Source of the DNA: Polyangia bacterium
Lineage (GTDB): Bacteria; Myxococcota_A; Polyangia; Haliangiales; JADYYK01
Direction of reading: 5' to 3'
DNA length: 49,689 bases
Assembly (NCBI GenBank): GCA_044229835.1
Contig: JBGASF010000046.1
Location: 1 to 49,689, forward strand
A program made the translations under genes and the position numbers. The stretch's first letter is position 1; each line of letters opens with the position of its first letter. The notes beneath the pieces were generated by a model, which saw only the letters and a program-made list of their open reading frames with translations, ran no database searches and was not told the DNA's origin. Shown here piece after piece: positions 28,172 through 39,445 of the stretch.

Positions 28172-28175
<4 letters not shown>
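27066..28175 (-). CDS. TPR-repeat lipoprotein.
   Basis: Lipobox LAGCG. Multiple TPR-like helical repeats. Coupled to the ltaE stop. Confidence 0.6.
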
Positions 28176-29242
<1,067 letters not shown>

Positions 29243-29273
29243 GCCGCGCAGGGTAGCAGAAGCCGGCGGTGAC

Positions 29274-30730
29274 CTAGCGCACCTCGAGCACCAGCACGCC
29301 GCGCCCCTTGGTGCCCAGGAAGACGCGCCGGGTCACCGGATCCAGCGCCACCGCGCGGGTGTCGTCGACCGCCACGCCGGCCGGGGCGCCCATCACGATG
29401 ACCAGCGCGCGGTCGCGCTTGAAGCGGGCGGCGCCCTTGGAGGTCGCCATCCAGACGTCGCCGCCGGCGTCGACGGCCAGCGAGCGGATGTCGTTCGAGG
29501 CCAGCGCCGAGTTCGTCGTGGTCAGCCCGTAGACCTGGGTCAGCATGCCGCCGGCGGCCAGCTGGTCGCCGAACAGGCCGTTGCCGTCGGTGGCGGCCCA
29601 CAGCAGCGAGCGCGCGCCGTCCCAGGCCAGATCGCGCACCTTGTCGTCGCCCGGCAGCAGGCTGGTGCTGGCGTTCGACATCAGATCGTAGAGGTCGTTG
29701 GAGGCCGCGATGTTGCGCGGCGCCGGCGCCCCGACCTCGACCACGGCCTCCAGCGTGAAGTCGCCCAGCGGCCCCAGCGCCCCGCCGAAGACGCCGGCGC
29801 CGTCCAGGGGCAGCACCCCGCGCGAGGTGGCCAGCCACAGCGAGGCCTGATCGAAGGGCGCCATCGCGAACACCGTGGGCGGCGTCCCGCTGGTGAAGGC
29901 GACCGCGAAGTCGAGCACGTTGCGCACCGGCGCCGCGGGATCGGTGCAGTCGACCCGCATCAGGTCGTTGGCGGTGACCGCGCCGAAGTAGGCGCGCGGC
30001 GAGCGCGGGTGGAAGAACACCGAGCGCCAGCGCGCGTTGCTGGGCAGGCCGCCCGAGAACGGCGCGCCCCCGGCCACGTCCTGCCAGGTCGCGCTGGGCG
30101 GCGCGATCGAGGTCAGCGGCGCGCTCATGGCGCCGTCGTCGGTCGCCACCCACAGGCGGCCCGCGCCGAGGTCGAGGTCGTTGACGTCGTTGCGCCCGGC
30201 GGCGCCCAGCGCCACCAGCTCGACGAAGGGCGCGGCGCGGAAGGCCGGGATGTCGACCATGCGCACGATGGGGGCGGGGCCCGCCACCGTGGCCTGCACG
30301 CGCGCGACATAGGTGGTGGCCTCGGCGGCGACCGCGCTGATGGCCGGGGCGGTCGGCCCCGGCAGGACGTTGCCCGCCGGGGTCAGCGACCAGGTCACCG
30401 TGATGGGCCCGAACGGCGAGCACGAGCCCACGGTGTCGAGCGCCACGGTGTCGCCCAGCAGCACCGGCGTCGGGGTGCCGCCCGCGGTCTTGACCTGGCC
30501 GTTGACGCGCACCACCAGCGTCAGGTCGGTGGTGCAGCCGGCGTCGGCGCCGCCGCCGTCGTCGGGGCCGCCATCACCAGGGCCGCCGTCGCCGGGGCCG
30601 CCGTCGCCGGGGCCGCCGTCGTCGGGCGCGGCGTCGCGCACGCGCACGCCGGAGCTGTCGAACGAGCAGCCTGCCGCCGCCGCCGCCCAGCACGCCAGCA
30701 CCAGCACGAGCGCGCGCGCCGGCGTCGTCA
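29274..30730 (-). CDS. Secreted lipoprotein with (DGGPG)n repeat, Ig-like region and a C-terminal beta-propeller/Reg_prop-like region.
   Basis: Real start is GTG overlapping the upstream TGA (GTGA). Lipobox [11 protein letters not shown]. 15-bp tandem repeat x4 encodes [20 protein letters not shown]. The upstream part of track ORF 29274..31889 is off-frame readthrough. Confidence 0.55.
30560..30632. repeat. 15-bp tandem repeat (~GGCCCCGGCGACGGC-like) x4-5 inside the lipoprotein gene.
   Basis: Direct reading; encodes DGGPG repeats. Confidence 0.7.
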
Positions 30731-31783
30731 CTTGTCCTCGGTCGCCGCCGCCGACGACGCGCGCACCACGTTGCCCAGCGAGATCCGGCTGGTCAGCAGC
30801 GCGATCGCCCCGGTGCCCATGTACCAGAGCACCTGGGTGGCGTGGCTGAACACCGCGAAGATCTGGCCGCCGTGCTCGACCACGTCCTTGGCCAGGTACA
30901 GCTTGAGGCCGACGATGGTGAACCAGGTGTACTGCCCGACCAGGCCGGGCGAGTTGGGCAGCGTGATGCCGACCGCGACCAGCCCCATCACGGTGAAGGC
31001 CGCGATCACCGACAGCCCACCCGGGCCGAGATCGAAGCCGCGCGCCAGCACCCACACGCTGAGGCCGTTGGCGCTCCAGTACACCACCGACATGGCCACG
31101 AAGATGGCCAGATCGCGCGGATCCTTGAGCACGCGGAAGCCCCGGATGAGCGCGTGCATCTTGTCGCCCAGCTTCTCGGCCAGCCGGGGCGCGAAGCGCT
31201 CGATCAGCGTGAGGCGCATGGTCCAGCGCACCGTCCAGCTGGGCGCGCTGAGCATGAAGATGAGGAACAGCATGGCGGCGCCGAAGATGGCCAGGCTGAT
31301 GTAGGCCGTCGGCATCATCCAGCTCGGCGCGGGCACGCTGCTGGCGGCGCGGATCGAGCAGGTCACGAACACCAGCAGCGAGATCAGCAGGCCATCGACG
31401 ATGCGCTCGACCGCGACGGTGCCCAGCGCGGAGGCCATCGACACCTTGCCGGGCTCGCGGATGAGGTACGGCCGCACGAACTCGCCCAGGCGCGCCGGCA
31501 GCGCCAGGATGGCCATGAAGCCCACCGTGCTGACCGACATCAGCCGGCCGAAGGGCAGCTCGACGCCGATCGGCCGCAGCAGGTACTTCCAGCGCCAGGC
31601 CCGGAACAGGTGCACCACGACCATGAGCGCGAACATCTGCGCCAGCGCCGGCCACAGCCGGTCCATGTCGACCGACTTCCAGGCCAGCTGCAGGTGGTGC
31701 CACTGATCGCCACGGAAATAGGCCAGCCAGGCGAACAGCGCCAGCATGGCGAGCGAGAGCGCGAGGTTGATCGCGAGCTTCAA
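30728..31783 (-). CDS. Lysylphosphatidylglycerol-synthase-TM-like / UPF0104 flippase-like integral membrane protein.
   Basis: [23 protein letters not shown]... and about 8 TM helices resembling the LPG_synthase_TM family. TTG start just after the upstream stop. The N-terminal half of track ORF 30728..32620 is junk. Confidence 0.6.
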   Translation of the reverse strand: MKLAINLALSLAMLALFAWLAYFRGDQWHHLQLAWKSVDMDRLWPALAQMFALMVVVHLFRAWRWKYLLRPIGVELPFGRLMSVSTVGFMAILALPARLGEFVRPYLIREPGKVSMASALGTVAVERIVDGLLISLLVFVTCSIRAASSVPAPSWMMPTAYISLAIFGAAMLFLIFMLSAPSWTVRWTMRLTLIERFAPRLAEKLGDKMHALIRGFRVLKDPRDLAIFVAMSVVYWSANGLSVWVLARGFDLGPGGLSVIAAFTVMGLVAVGITLPNSPGLVGQYTWFTIVGLKLYLAKDVVEHGGQIFAVFSHATQVLWYMGTGAIALLTSRISLGNVVRASSAAATEDK

Positions 31784-31791
31784 AGCGGGGA

Positions 31792-33093
31792 CTACAGCCG
31801 GATGACCTTGCCGGGGGCCTGCTCGCGCACCTGCTTGGTGGCGTTGCGGGTGTCGATGACCAGGCGCGCCTCGCGCACCACGCGGCCATAGTCGACCACG
31901 GTGTGGTCGGTCACGATGACCACGGCGTCCCAGCTGGCCAGATCGGTCAGCGGCACCGAGGTCAGCTTGTGGTGCGGCAGCTCCAGGGTCGGCACGTGTG
32001 GGTCGTGGTACTGCACCTCGGCGCCGCGCTCCATCAGGAGCTCGATGACGTCGAGCGCCGGCGACTCGCGCATGTCCTCGATGTCGCGCTTGTACGAGAC
32101 GCCGAGCACCAGCACCTTGGCGCCCTTGACCGACTGCTTGCGGTCGTTCAGCGCGTCGCGCACGCGCTCGACCACGATGGCCGGCATGCCCGAGTTGATC
32201 TGGTCGGCCAGCTCGATGAAGCGCGCGTTGTACTTCATGGTCTTCATCTTCCACGACAGGTACAGCGGGTCGACCGGGATGCAGTGGCCGCCCAGGCCCG
32301 GGCCGGGGAAGAAGGGCATGAAGCCGAACGGCTTGGTCGCCGCGGCCTCGATGATCTCGAAGGTGTCGAGGCCGAGCTTGCCGGCCATGATGGCGATCTC
32401 GTTGACCAGGCCGATGTTGACGGCGCGGAAGGTGTTCTCCAGCAGCTTGACCATCTCGGCGGCGTCGGTCGACGACACCGGGACCACGCGGTCCATGACC
32501 TCGCCGTACATGGCGCGACCGGCCTCCATGCACTTGGGGGTGAAGCCGCCGATGACCTTGGGCGTGTTCTTGGTCTGGTACTTGGCGTTGCCCGGATCGA
32601 CGCGCTCGGGCGAGAAGCACACGAAGAAGTCGACGCCGACCTTGCGGCCGCCCTGCTCCAGGCGCGGCACCAGGACCTCGCGGGTGAAGCCGGGGAAGGT
32701 CGTCGACTCCAGGATGATGAGCTGGCCCGGGCGCAGGCGCGGCGCGATGTCCTCGGCCGCGGCCATGATGAAGGAGTTGTCGGGGTCCTTGGTCTTGTTG
32801 AGCGGCGTGGGCACGCAGATGACGATGACGTCGGCCTCGCCGAGCACGTTGGGATCGCTGCTGGCGGTCAGCTTGCCGGAGTCGACGTGGCTGGCGAGGA
32901 CGGCGTCGGGGATGTCCTTGATGTAGGACTTCTTGGCCTTGACGCCGGCGATCTTGCGCTCGTCCTTGTCATAGCCGGTGACCGAGAAGCCGGCGCGGGC
33001 GATCTCGGTGCACAGCGGCAGACCGACATAGCCGATCCCCACGACGGCGACCTTGGCGGTGTGCGACTGGATTCGTTCGAGGAGGGCGCTCAT
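31792..33093 (-). CDS. UDP-sugar (UDP-glucose / UDP-N-acetyl-mannosamine) 6-dehydrogenase family protein.
   Basis: Rossmann motif KVAVVGIGYVGLP, catalytic Cys region. Full-length nucleotide-sugar dehydrogenase. Start ATG (MSALLERIQ) or TTG at 33117. Confidence 0.85.
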   Translation of the reverse strand: MSALLERIQSHTAKVAVVGIGYVGLPLCTEIARAGFSVTGYDKDERKIAGVKAKKSYIKDIPDAVLASHVDSGKLTASSDPNVLGEADVIVICVPTPLNKTKDPDNSFIMAAAEDIAPRLRPGQLIILESTTFPGFTREVLVPRLEQGGRKVGVDFFVCFSPERVDPGNAKYQTKNTPKVIGGFTPKCMEAGRAMYGEVMDRVVPVSSTDAAEMVKLLENTFRAVNIGLVNEIAIMAGKLGLDTFEIIEAAATKPFGFMPFFPGPGLGGHCIPVDPLYLSWKMKTMKYNARFIELADQINSGMPAIVVERVRDALNDRKQSVKGAKVLVLGVSYKRDIEDMRESPALDVIELLMERGAEVQYHDPHVPTLELPHHKLTSVPLTDLASWDAVVIVTDHTVVDYGRVVREARLVIDTRNATKQVREQAPGKVIRL

Positions 33094-33138
33094 CGGGAGG
33101 CGAAGTCCTTTCTGCAATTCGGTTGCATCAAGCTGGGG

Positions 33139-33870
33139 TCAGCCGACCGGGTCGGGCAGTTCGCCCGCCACGATACGGCGGGGATGCTCCGCGAGCAACC
33201 GGGTCACTGCGCTGAGGCCCAGGCGCTTCTTGATCCAGGCCAGGCCGGCCCCGGCGGCGCGGACGTCCTCGGAGGTGTGCACGTCGGAGGCGCAGGCGTG
33301 GGCGACACCCTCCTCGACCAGGCGGCGCGCCTGCTTGCCCTGCTGCCGGCCGTGGGCGCCATCGAGCGCGGCCAGGTCGACCACCAGGGCGCACGACTCG
33401 GCCAGCTGGGTCAGGCGGTCCCAGTCCTTCCACAGCGGCATGTAGCGCTCCGGGTGGGCCATCACCGGCAGCATGCGGCTGACGCGCAGCTCGAACAGGA
33501 CGTCCTCGAGGCGGGGCGGCAGCTGCTGCACTGGGAGCTCGAACAGGAAGGCGGGGCCGCCGTCATAGCGCGGGAAGCTGCGCTGGGACAGGCGAGCGAA
33601 GAACACGTCGTCCCACATGTTTTCGGCTGCCAGGCGCAGCGTCACCGGGACCGCGGCGGCGGCGCGGGCGGCCTCCAGGGCGCCGTGCGCGGCGCTGATG
33701 GCGGCGGCCTCGGGGAGGAACATGCCGGCGCGTTGATGCGGCGTGGCAAAGACCTCGGAGAAGCCCAGATCGCCGAGGCCGCGCAGCATGGCGACGCCGT
33801 CCCCGAGCTGCTTGGCGCCGTCGTCCAGCCCGGCGAGGACGTGCGAGTGAAGGTCGAGGAAGCCGGCCAT
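33139..33870 (-). CDS. CpsB/CapC-type PHP-domain protein-tyrosine phosphatase.
   Basis: N-terminus LDLHSHVLAGLDDG, matching the CpsB/YwqE metal-dependent tyrosine phosphatase motif. Confidence 0.8.
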   Translation of the reverse strand: MAGFLDLHSHVLAGLDDGAKQLGDGVAMLRGLGDLGFSEVFATPHQRAGMFLPEAAAISAAHGALEAARAAAAVPVTLRLAAENMWDDVFFARLSQRSFPRYDGGPAFLFELPVQQLPPRLEDVLFELRVSRMLPVMAHPERYMPLWKDWDRLTQLAESCALVVDLAALDGAHGRQQGKQARRLVEEGVAHACASDVHTSEDVRAAGAGLAWIKKRLGLSAVTRLLAEHPRRIVAGELPDPVG

Positions 33871-33946
33871 GCAGAGGCGCGGAGTGTAACAGAGAATACT
33901 CAGGCGTCAGTCGCCATCCCGGGCCCTGGCGGGCCCAAGCAGCGGC

Positions 33947-33976
33947 TTGGCGATGGGTCCAACAAAATGCCATAAT
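33947..33976 (+). promoter_or_regulatory. Sigma70-like promoter candidate: TTGGCG, 18-bp spacer, CATAAT. Upstream of the coiled-coil protein gene, divergent from cpsB.
   Basis: Near-consensus -10 with acceptable -35 and spacing, about 45 nt upstream of ATG 34022. Confidence 0.35.
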
Positions 33977-34021
33977 CACGAGTCACGGGACGCACCGCCG
34001 CGTCCGCCGCGCGAGGAAACG

Positions 34022-34759
34022 ATGGCCGAGAAGAAAGAAAGCTCCGTGCTGTTTTCGCTCCGAGAGCTGCGCCAGCTGGAGGACGACCGCGTCACCAAGG
34101 AGCAGCAGGACCTGTCAGCGCGCCTGGCCGCCGAGAAGCAGGCCAAGCTCGACGCCGAGCGCCGCGCCCGTGAAGAGGAAGAGGCCAAGCTGCGCGCCGA
34201 GCAGGAGCGCGTGCGCGCCGAGCAGGAGCGTCGCGAGGCGCTGGAGCGCGAGGAGCGCATCCGGGTCCAGGAGACCGAGCGCAAGGCGCAGATCGAGGCG
34301 CAGATGCAGCTCGAGCAGCAGCGCCTGCACCACGAGCACGAGCAGAAGCTGGCCGCCGCGCCCAAGCGCAGCCACAAGGTGCTGTACGCCATCGTGGCCA
34401 GCATGGTCGTGCTGGTCATCGTGCTGGGCGTGGTCTTCTACATGAACAAGCAGAAGACCGACCGCGAGCGACGCCAGTCGGCCGCCGTGCTGGCCATGCT
34501 GCAGAAGCAGCTCGCCGACGCCGACGCCGAGTCCAAGGCGGTCAACGACCGCATCAAGGTGCTGACCGACCGGCTGGCCGCGGCCAGCACCCCGGAGGAG
34601 CGCGACGCCATCGGCGCCGACATCGCCAAGGAGACCAAGAAGTCGGAGGGCATCACGCGCAAGCGCAAGGACCTCGGCGAGAAGATGAAGAACCCCAAGG
34701 GGCTCAAGCTCGAGGACCTGAACACGACGGATGCCCTCGGGGGCATCAAGGGCCAATAG
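34022..34759 (+). CDS. Coiled-coil membrane protein (charged E/R/K-rich N-terminal coiled coil, one TM helix, C-terminal coiled coil).
   Basis: ATG with GAGGAA RBS. (AEQER)-type heptad-like repeats. TM helix VLYAIVASMVVLVIVLGVVFY. Confidence 0.6.
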   Translation: MAEKKESSVLFSLRELRQLEDDRVTKEQQDLSARLAAEKQAKLDAERRAREEEEAKLRAEQERVRAEQERREALEREERIRVQETERKAQIEAQMQLEQQRLHHEHEQKLAAAPKRSHKVLYAIVASMVVLVIVLGVVFYMNKQKTDRERRQSAAVLAMLQKQLADADAESKAVNDRIKVLTDRLAAASTPEERDAIGADIAKETKKSEGITRKRKDLGEKMKNPKGLKLEDLNTTDALGGIKGQ

Positions 34760-34766
34760 CTCCCTC

Positions 34767-34986
34767 ACCACGGTCACGGTCACGGTCACGGACCACGGAC
34801 CACGGACCACGACCCGCATCGCCGATCGCCGCTGCTGAGCCGTCCGCCCGCCGTCGCCGCCCGCCGCCCGCCGCCCGCCGTCGCCGTCCGCCGCCCGCCG
34901 CCCGCCGTTGCCGCCCGCCGCCCGCCGCCCGCCGGCGCCGCCCGCCGTCGCCGTGTGGCGTGACCGTGACCGTGACCGTGCGGTTG
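34767..34986. repeat. Composite intergenic repeat between convergent genes: (CGGTCA)x4 then (CGGACCA)x3, then ~16 copies of a CCGCCCG/CCGCCGT heptamer, then (GTGACC)x3. The outer arrays are inverted complements of each other.
   Basis: Direct reading. Left arm 34767-34794 is the reverse complement of right arm 34966-34986, so a ~22-bp stem could enclose a ~170-nt GC-rich loop. Confidence 0.85.
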
Positions 34987-34990
34987 GGGC

Positions 34991-36056
34991 TTACTTCGTG
35001 ACCTTGAAGGGGCGGGGGTGCTTGGTGGTGCCGGCTTCGGTGGTGAGGGTGAAGGTGGCGTCGGTGGTGTCGGGGGGGATCATGACGGTGACCGAGGTGT
35101 CGCCGGTGCGGGCCAGGACCTTGAGGGTGCGATCGCCGTAGGTGACCTTGGTGGCCTCGGTGAAGCCGGTGCCGGTCAGGGTCACGCGGGTGGTGGCGGG
35201 GCCCGAGGCGGGGGCGAAGTCGAGCAGCTTGGGCGGGGCGAGGACGACGAAGGGCGTCCCGAAGTCCACCACGGCCTTGCCGCGGCGGTGCTGGAACTTC
35301 GCGGTGACCGCGTTCTTCGGCAGCGTGGCCACGATGGACTTGGCGGTCAGGCGCTGGATCTCCAGCGGGCGGGTGCCCAGCCAGAGCTCGTCGCCGGCCT
35401 GGAAGTTGGCGCCGGTCAGCGTGACGGTGACGCCGGGCAGGCCGCGCGGCGGCTCGAAGCCGGTGATGGTCGCGGGCAGCACCAGCGTGAAGGGGCCGCT
35501 GGCGACGGCGCGCCCGCTGGGGTTCTCGATGCTGAACAGCTCGCCGGTGGCGGCGTCGGTGGGGACCTGGACCTTGAGCGTGGTCGGGGTGCGCTCGCGG
35601 ACGATCAGCGCGGTCTTGCCATAGCTGACCTTGTCGGTCGCGCTGGTCTCGGCCAGCGTGAGGGTGACCACGGTGCCGGGCGGGCCCGCCGAGGGCACGA
35701 AGGTCGACAGCACCGGGGCCGCGGGCAAGAGCTCGAAGGCGGGCTGCACCAGCAGCGGGCGGCTGCTGCCGCGCGTGATGGCCAGCTCGCCGCTGGCGGC
35801 GCCCCTGGGGATGGTCAGCTCGATCCGCGTCGGCTGGATGGTCGCGCTGACCGGCGCGCCGCCCACGCTGACGACGTCACCGGGCAGAAAGCCCGAGCCG
35901 TCGAGCACCACCTTGGTGCCAGGCGGCCCCTTCAGCGGGGCGAACCCGGTGACCCGCGCCGGCTCGACGATGGAGACCCAGCGCCCCGTCCACGGCCATG
36001 CCGCAGCCACACTCGAGGTCGCCAGCAGGACCCCGAGAACCGCCAGCCTTTTCATC
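34991..36056 (-). CDS. Secreted protein with tandem IPT/TIG (Ig-like) domains.
   Basis: Signal peptide MKRLAVLGVLLATSSVAAAW. Repeated ...TGF.P..G.PGT.V.L.G.GF... Ig-like units. GGAGG RBS. The track ORF's extended N-terminus overlaps a tRNA and is rejected. Confidence 0.7.
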
Positions 36057-36074
36057 GCAAACCTCCGCAAGGGG

Positions 36075-36146
36075 AGGTGCCGCCCGGATTCGAACCGGGG
36101 AATAGAGGCTTTGCAGGCCTCCGCCTTACCACTTGGCCACGGCACC
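36075..36146 (-). tRNA. tRNA-Cys (anticodon GCA).
   Basis: 72 nt. 7-bp acceptor stem GGTGCCG/CGGCACC, D-loop AGTGGTAA, anticodon loop CUGCAAA, T-arm GGTTCGAATCC, discriminator U. CCA not encoded. Confidence 0.85.
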
Positions 36147-36260
36147 GTGGTCAGAAACGAGGCGCAGTATATGCGGGGAGGGCAGGGTGTCAACGCCGCG
36201 ATGCAACTGAGTTATCGTAGCGACCAGGCCAGCGCAGGCCACGACAGGACCCGACAGGAC

Positions 36261-37364
36261 ATGGACTCTCCCATCCAGGATGCCGAGGTGGTGCGTCGCG
36301 GCGCCGAGCTGGCCGAGCTGGGCCGGCAGCTGGCGCGTCTCGGCCTGAGCCCCGAAAAGGTGCTGACCTTCACCGGGGCGCTGTCACTGGGTGACCTGTC
36401 GCGCGCCATCGACGACACCGCCCGGCGCGCCAGCAAGCTGCCCCGACCGCGCGGGCTGGGGGCGCTGATCGCGCTGCTGTGCTGTGGCCTGGCGCAGTCG
36501 GCGGCCGAGCTGGAGGCCGTGCTGGGGGCGCCCGCGCTGGCGCTCCTGGAGGCGGTCGGCGTGCTGGAGCGCGCGGGCGCCGACCTGGTGCCGCGGCTGG
36601 CGCTGGTGCCGGCGCAGCGCCGCCTGGGGGCGCGCGCCGGGCGCGCGGTCGGGCCGGTGGTGCTGGTCGCCCATGATCTGCACCGGCTGCGCTTCGAGTC
36701 GCTGGCGGTGATGGCGCCCGATCTGTCGTCGGAGCTGATGCTGCGCGCCAGCATCACGCGTGCGGGCAGCTGGCTCGACGTCGGCACCGGCAGCGGGGTG
36801 GTCGCGCTGGCGGCGGCGCTGCGCGGCACGCCGCGGGTGATCGCGGCCGATCTCAACCCGCGGGCGGGCGCCTTCGTGCGCCTGGGTGCGGCGCTGAACG
36901 GGGTCGCCGGCGCGGTGACCGCGCTGGAGTCCGACCTCATGCAGGCGGTGCCGCCGGGGCGGCATGACGTCATCACCTTCAACTCGCCGCTGCTGTTCGG
37001 CATGGGCGACCTGCTGTGGCGCAACACCGCGGAGGGGCCGGCGCTGCTGCGCCGCTTCTTCGATGACCTCGCGCCCCGGCTGGCCGGTGAGGCGCTGATC
37101 CACGCCCAGCTGCCGCACGACGAGCGCGTGCTGCCCGCGCGGGTGCCGATGACCGATCCCGCGCGCTTCCACGGCCTCAGCCTGCGCTACGAGCTGGGCG
37201 AGGAGTGGGCCCAGGGCCTGCTCTGGCTGACGCCCGCCGGCGGCGGCCGCGCCATCTGGGTCGAGGAGCTGCACGAGCCCACGCCCGAGCAGCTGTTCCT
37301 CGATCGCGAGCAGCTCGAGATCGCGCTGGCGCGCAACGAAATGCGCTCGCCCGTGGCCACGTAG
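36261..37364 (+). CDS. Class I SAM-dependent methyltransferase (MTS/PrmC-like small-domain type).
   Basis: Motif I LDVGTGSGVVALAAA. Post-motif DLNPRA reminiscent of N-methyltransferases. Real start MDSPIQ... (ATG 36261) within track ORF 35631..37364. Confidence 0.6.
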   Translation: MDSPIQDAEVVRRGAELAELGRQLARLGLSPEKVLTFTGALSLGDLSRAIDDTARRASKLPRPRGLGALIALLCCGLAQSAAELEAVLGAPALALLEAVGVLERAGADLVPRLALVPAQRRLGARAGRAVGPVVLVAHDLHRLRFESLAVMAPDLSSELMLRASITRAGSWLDVGTGSGVVALAAALRGTPRVIAADLNPRAGAFVRLGAALNGVAGAVTALESDLMQAVPPGRHDVITFNSPLLFGMGDLLWRNTAEGPALLRRFFDDLAPRLAGEALIHAQLPHDERVLPARVPMTDPARFHGLSLRYELGEEWAQGLLWLTPAGGGRAIWVEELHEPTPEQLFLDREQLEIALARNEMRSPVAT

Positions 37365-37382
37365 TTGATGTAGGAGAGGGCG

Positions 37383-38564
37383 ATGGCTGCGATTGTGGTG
37401 CAGAAGTATGGCGGGTCGTCGGTCGCCGACGTCGAGAAGCTACGCCGGGTTGCGCGCCGGGTGGTCGACACCGCGCAGACCGGCAAGCGGGTCTGCGTGG
37501 TGGTCTCGGCGATGGGCGACACCACCGACGAGCTGCTCGCGCTGGCGCGCAAGGTGTCGCCGGCGCCGCAGCGGCGCGAGCTCGACATGCTGCTGTCGGC
37601 CGGTGAGCGCATCTCGATGTCGCTGCTCTCGATGGCCATCCACGAGCTGGGCGCCGAGGCCATCTCGTTCACCGGATCGCAGAGCGGCATCATCACCAAC
37701 GATCGCCACTCGGGCGCGCGCGTCCTCGAGGTGCGGCCCTACCGCATCCAGGACGAGCTCGAGCGCGGCAAGATCGTCATCGTCGCCGGCTTCCAGGGCG
37801 TGTCGTACAAGAAGGAGATCACCACGCTGGGGCGCGGCGGGTCGGACACCACCGCGGTCGCGCTGGCGGCGGCGCTGGGCGCCGAGTTCTGCGAGATCTG
37901 CTCCGACGTCGATGGCGTGTACAGCGCCGACCCGCGCGTGGTCGACGCGCCGCGCCTGCTGGCCGCGGTCAGCTACGACGAGATGCAGGAGCTGGCGGCG
38001 CTGGGCGCCAAGGTGCTGAACCCGCAGTGCGTGGAGTTCGCGCGCTCGGCGGGGATCGCGATCTTCGCCCGCGCCACCGCGGGCGGCGGGGCCGGCACGG
38101 AGATCGGCGCGGCGCACAGCGGGCGGCGCGTGGTCGGCGTCACCGGCACCGGCGACCTGGTGCGGGTGCGCTTCGCGGGGCGCGGCGGGGCGGCGCGGGC
38201 GCGCACGCTGGCGCACGCCCTGGCCGAGGACGGCGTGGTCACGCTGTGTGGCGGCGCGGCCGAGGACGGCGGGGCCTGGGTGTTCGAGACCGACGACCTG
38301 CCCGACTGGGCCAAGGTCAAGGCGCGCATCGTGGCCATCGGCGGCAGCGACGTGGTGATCGAGGAGGGGCTGGGCGCGGCCAGCGTGGTGGGGCAGGGCA
38401 TCGGCGGCGATCCCGCGGCGCTGGAGAAGGCGCTGACGGTGGCGCACGAGCTCGGCGTCGAGACGCTGGGGGTGTACACCTCGCCGCTGCGCATCACGCT
38501 GCTGGCGCCGCCGGCGCGCATCAAGGAGCTGGTGCGCGCGCTGCACGCCGCGCTGTGCGCGTGA
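37383..38564 (+). CDS. lysC: Aspartate kinase.
   Basis: N-terminus [19 protein letters not shown], and AAK-family fold signatures with C-terminal ACT-like region. AGGAGAG RBS. Confidence 0.9.
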   Translation: MAAIVVQKYGGSSVADVEKLRRVARRVVDTAQTGKRVCVVVSAMGDTTDELLALARKVSPAPQRRELDMLLSAGERISMSLLSMAIHELGAEAISFTGSQSGIITNDRHSGARVLEVRPYRIQDELERGKIVIVAGFQGVSYKKEITTLGRGGSDTTAVALAAALGAEFCEICSDVDGVYSADPRVVDAPRLLAAVSYDEMQELAALGAKVLNPQCVEFARSAGIAIFARATAGGGAGTEIGAAHSGRRVVGVTGTGDLVRVRFAGRGGAARARTLAHALAEDGVVTLCGGAAEDGGAWVFETDDLPDWAKVKARIVAIGGSDVVIEEGLGAASVVGQGIGGDPAALEKALTVAHELGVETLGVYTSPLRITLLAPPARIKELVRALHAALCA

Positions 38565-38626
38565 CGGTGGCCGGCCGTGCGCGCGGCGGCTGGTCCGGCC
38601 GCGCGCCGGCGTAGTACCTTGGCGCC

Positions 38627-39424
38627 ATGTTCGGTCTGCGCGGTGGTGCCCGGCCTGCCAATGACGCCCGTGGGGTGAGCCCGGGCGAGCGGCCCCGCTG
38701 GGGGCGCGCCGGCGGCCGGCCGCTGGTGATCGGCCACCGCGGCGCCTCGGCGCGGGCGCCCGAGAACACGCTCGCGGCCTTCGCGCTGGCGCGGCGCGAG
38801 GGCGCCGATGGCGTCGAGCTCGACGTCATGCGCTGCGGCTCGGGCGAGCTGGTGGTGTTCCACGACTGGGACCTCGAGCGGCTGGGCCAGCGCCCGGGCA
38901 AGGTGGCCCGGCTGCCCCTCGAGGCGCTGCGCGAGGTCGACCTCGGCGGCGGCGAGCGCATCCCCCTGCTATCCGAGGTGCTGGAGCAGCTCGGGCCCGA
39001 CATGCTGGTCAACGTCGAGCTCAAGGTGCGCGGCTCCGGCGTAGGCGGCGAGCTGGCGGCGCCGGTCGTCGGCACGCTGCGCCGGCACGCCATGGGCGCG
39101 CGGGCGCTGGTGTCGAGCTTCCACCCGCTGGAGCTGGCCCGCGTGCGCGCGCTGGCGCCCGACGTGCTGACCGGCTACCTGTTCCACGCCGAGCAGGCGC
39201 TGCCGCTGCGCCGCGCCTGGCCGGCGTGCTGGCTGCGCCCGGCGGCGATGCACCCCGATCGCCAGCTGGTGTCGGAGCCCGCGGTGGCGCGCTGGCACCG
39301 CCGCGGCATGGCGGTCAACGTGTGGACGGTCGACGAACCAGGGCCACTGCGGGCGTTCGCGGCGATGGGCGTGGATGGTTTGATCACGAATGATCCAGCA
39401 GGCGCGCGGGCGGCGCTGGCCTGA
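38627..39424 (+). CDS. Glycerophosphodiester phosphodiesterase family protein.
   Basis: GDPD motifs [19 protein letters not shown] and GADGVELDV. Confidence 0.8.
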   Translation: MFGLRGGARPANDARGVSPGERPRWGRAGGRPLVIGHRGASARAPENTLAAFALARREGADGVELDVMRCGSGELVVFHDWDLERLGQRPGKVARLPLEALREVDLGGGERIPLLSEVLEQLGPDMLVNVELKVRGSGVGGELAAPVVGTLRRHAMGARALVSSFHPLELARVRALAPDVLTGYLFHAEQALPLRRAWPACWLRPAAMHPDRQLVSEPAVARWHRRGMAVNVWTVDEPGPLRAFAAMGVDGLITNDPAGARAALA

Positions 39425-39438
39425 GCACGAGCACGAGC
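39421..39438. repeat. Short (GAGCAC)x2.7 microsatellite between convergent genes.
   Basis: Direct reading. Confidence 0.7.
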
Positions 39439-39445
39439 CGGTGCG

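Noticed and set aside
29274-31889. 871-aa ORF treated as a single gene
   Set aside because: Only the 3' 485 codons (from the GTG overlapping the upstream TGA, with lipobox signal peptide) are plausible. The 5' part overlaps the LPG-synthase-like gene out of frame and is Arg/His-rich junk.
31903-33975. 690-aa plus-strand ORF
   Set aside because: Antisense to the UDP-sugar dehydrogenase and cpsB genes; shadow ORF.
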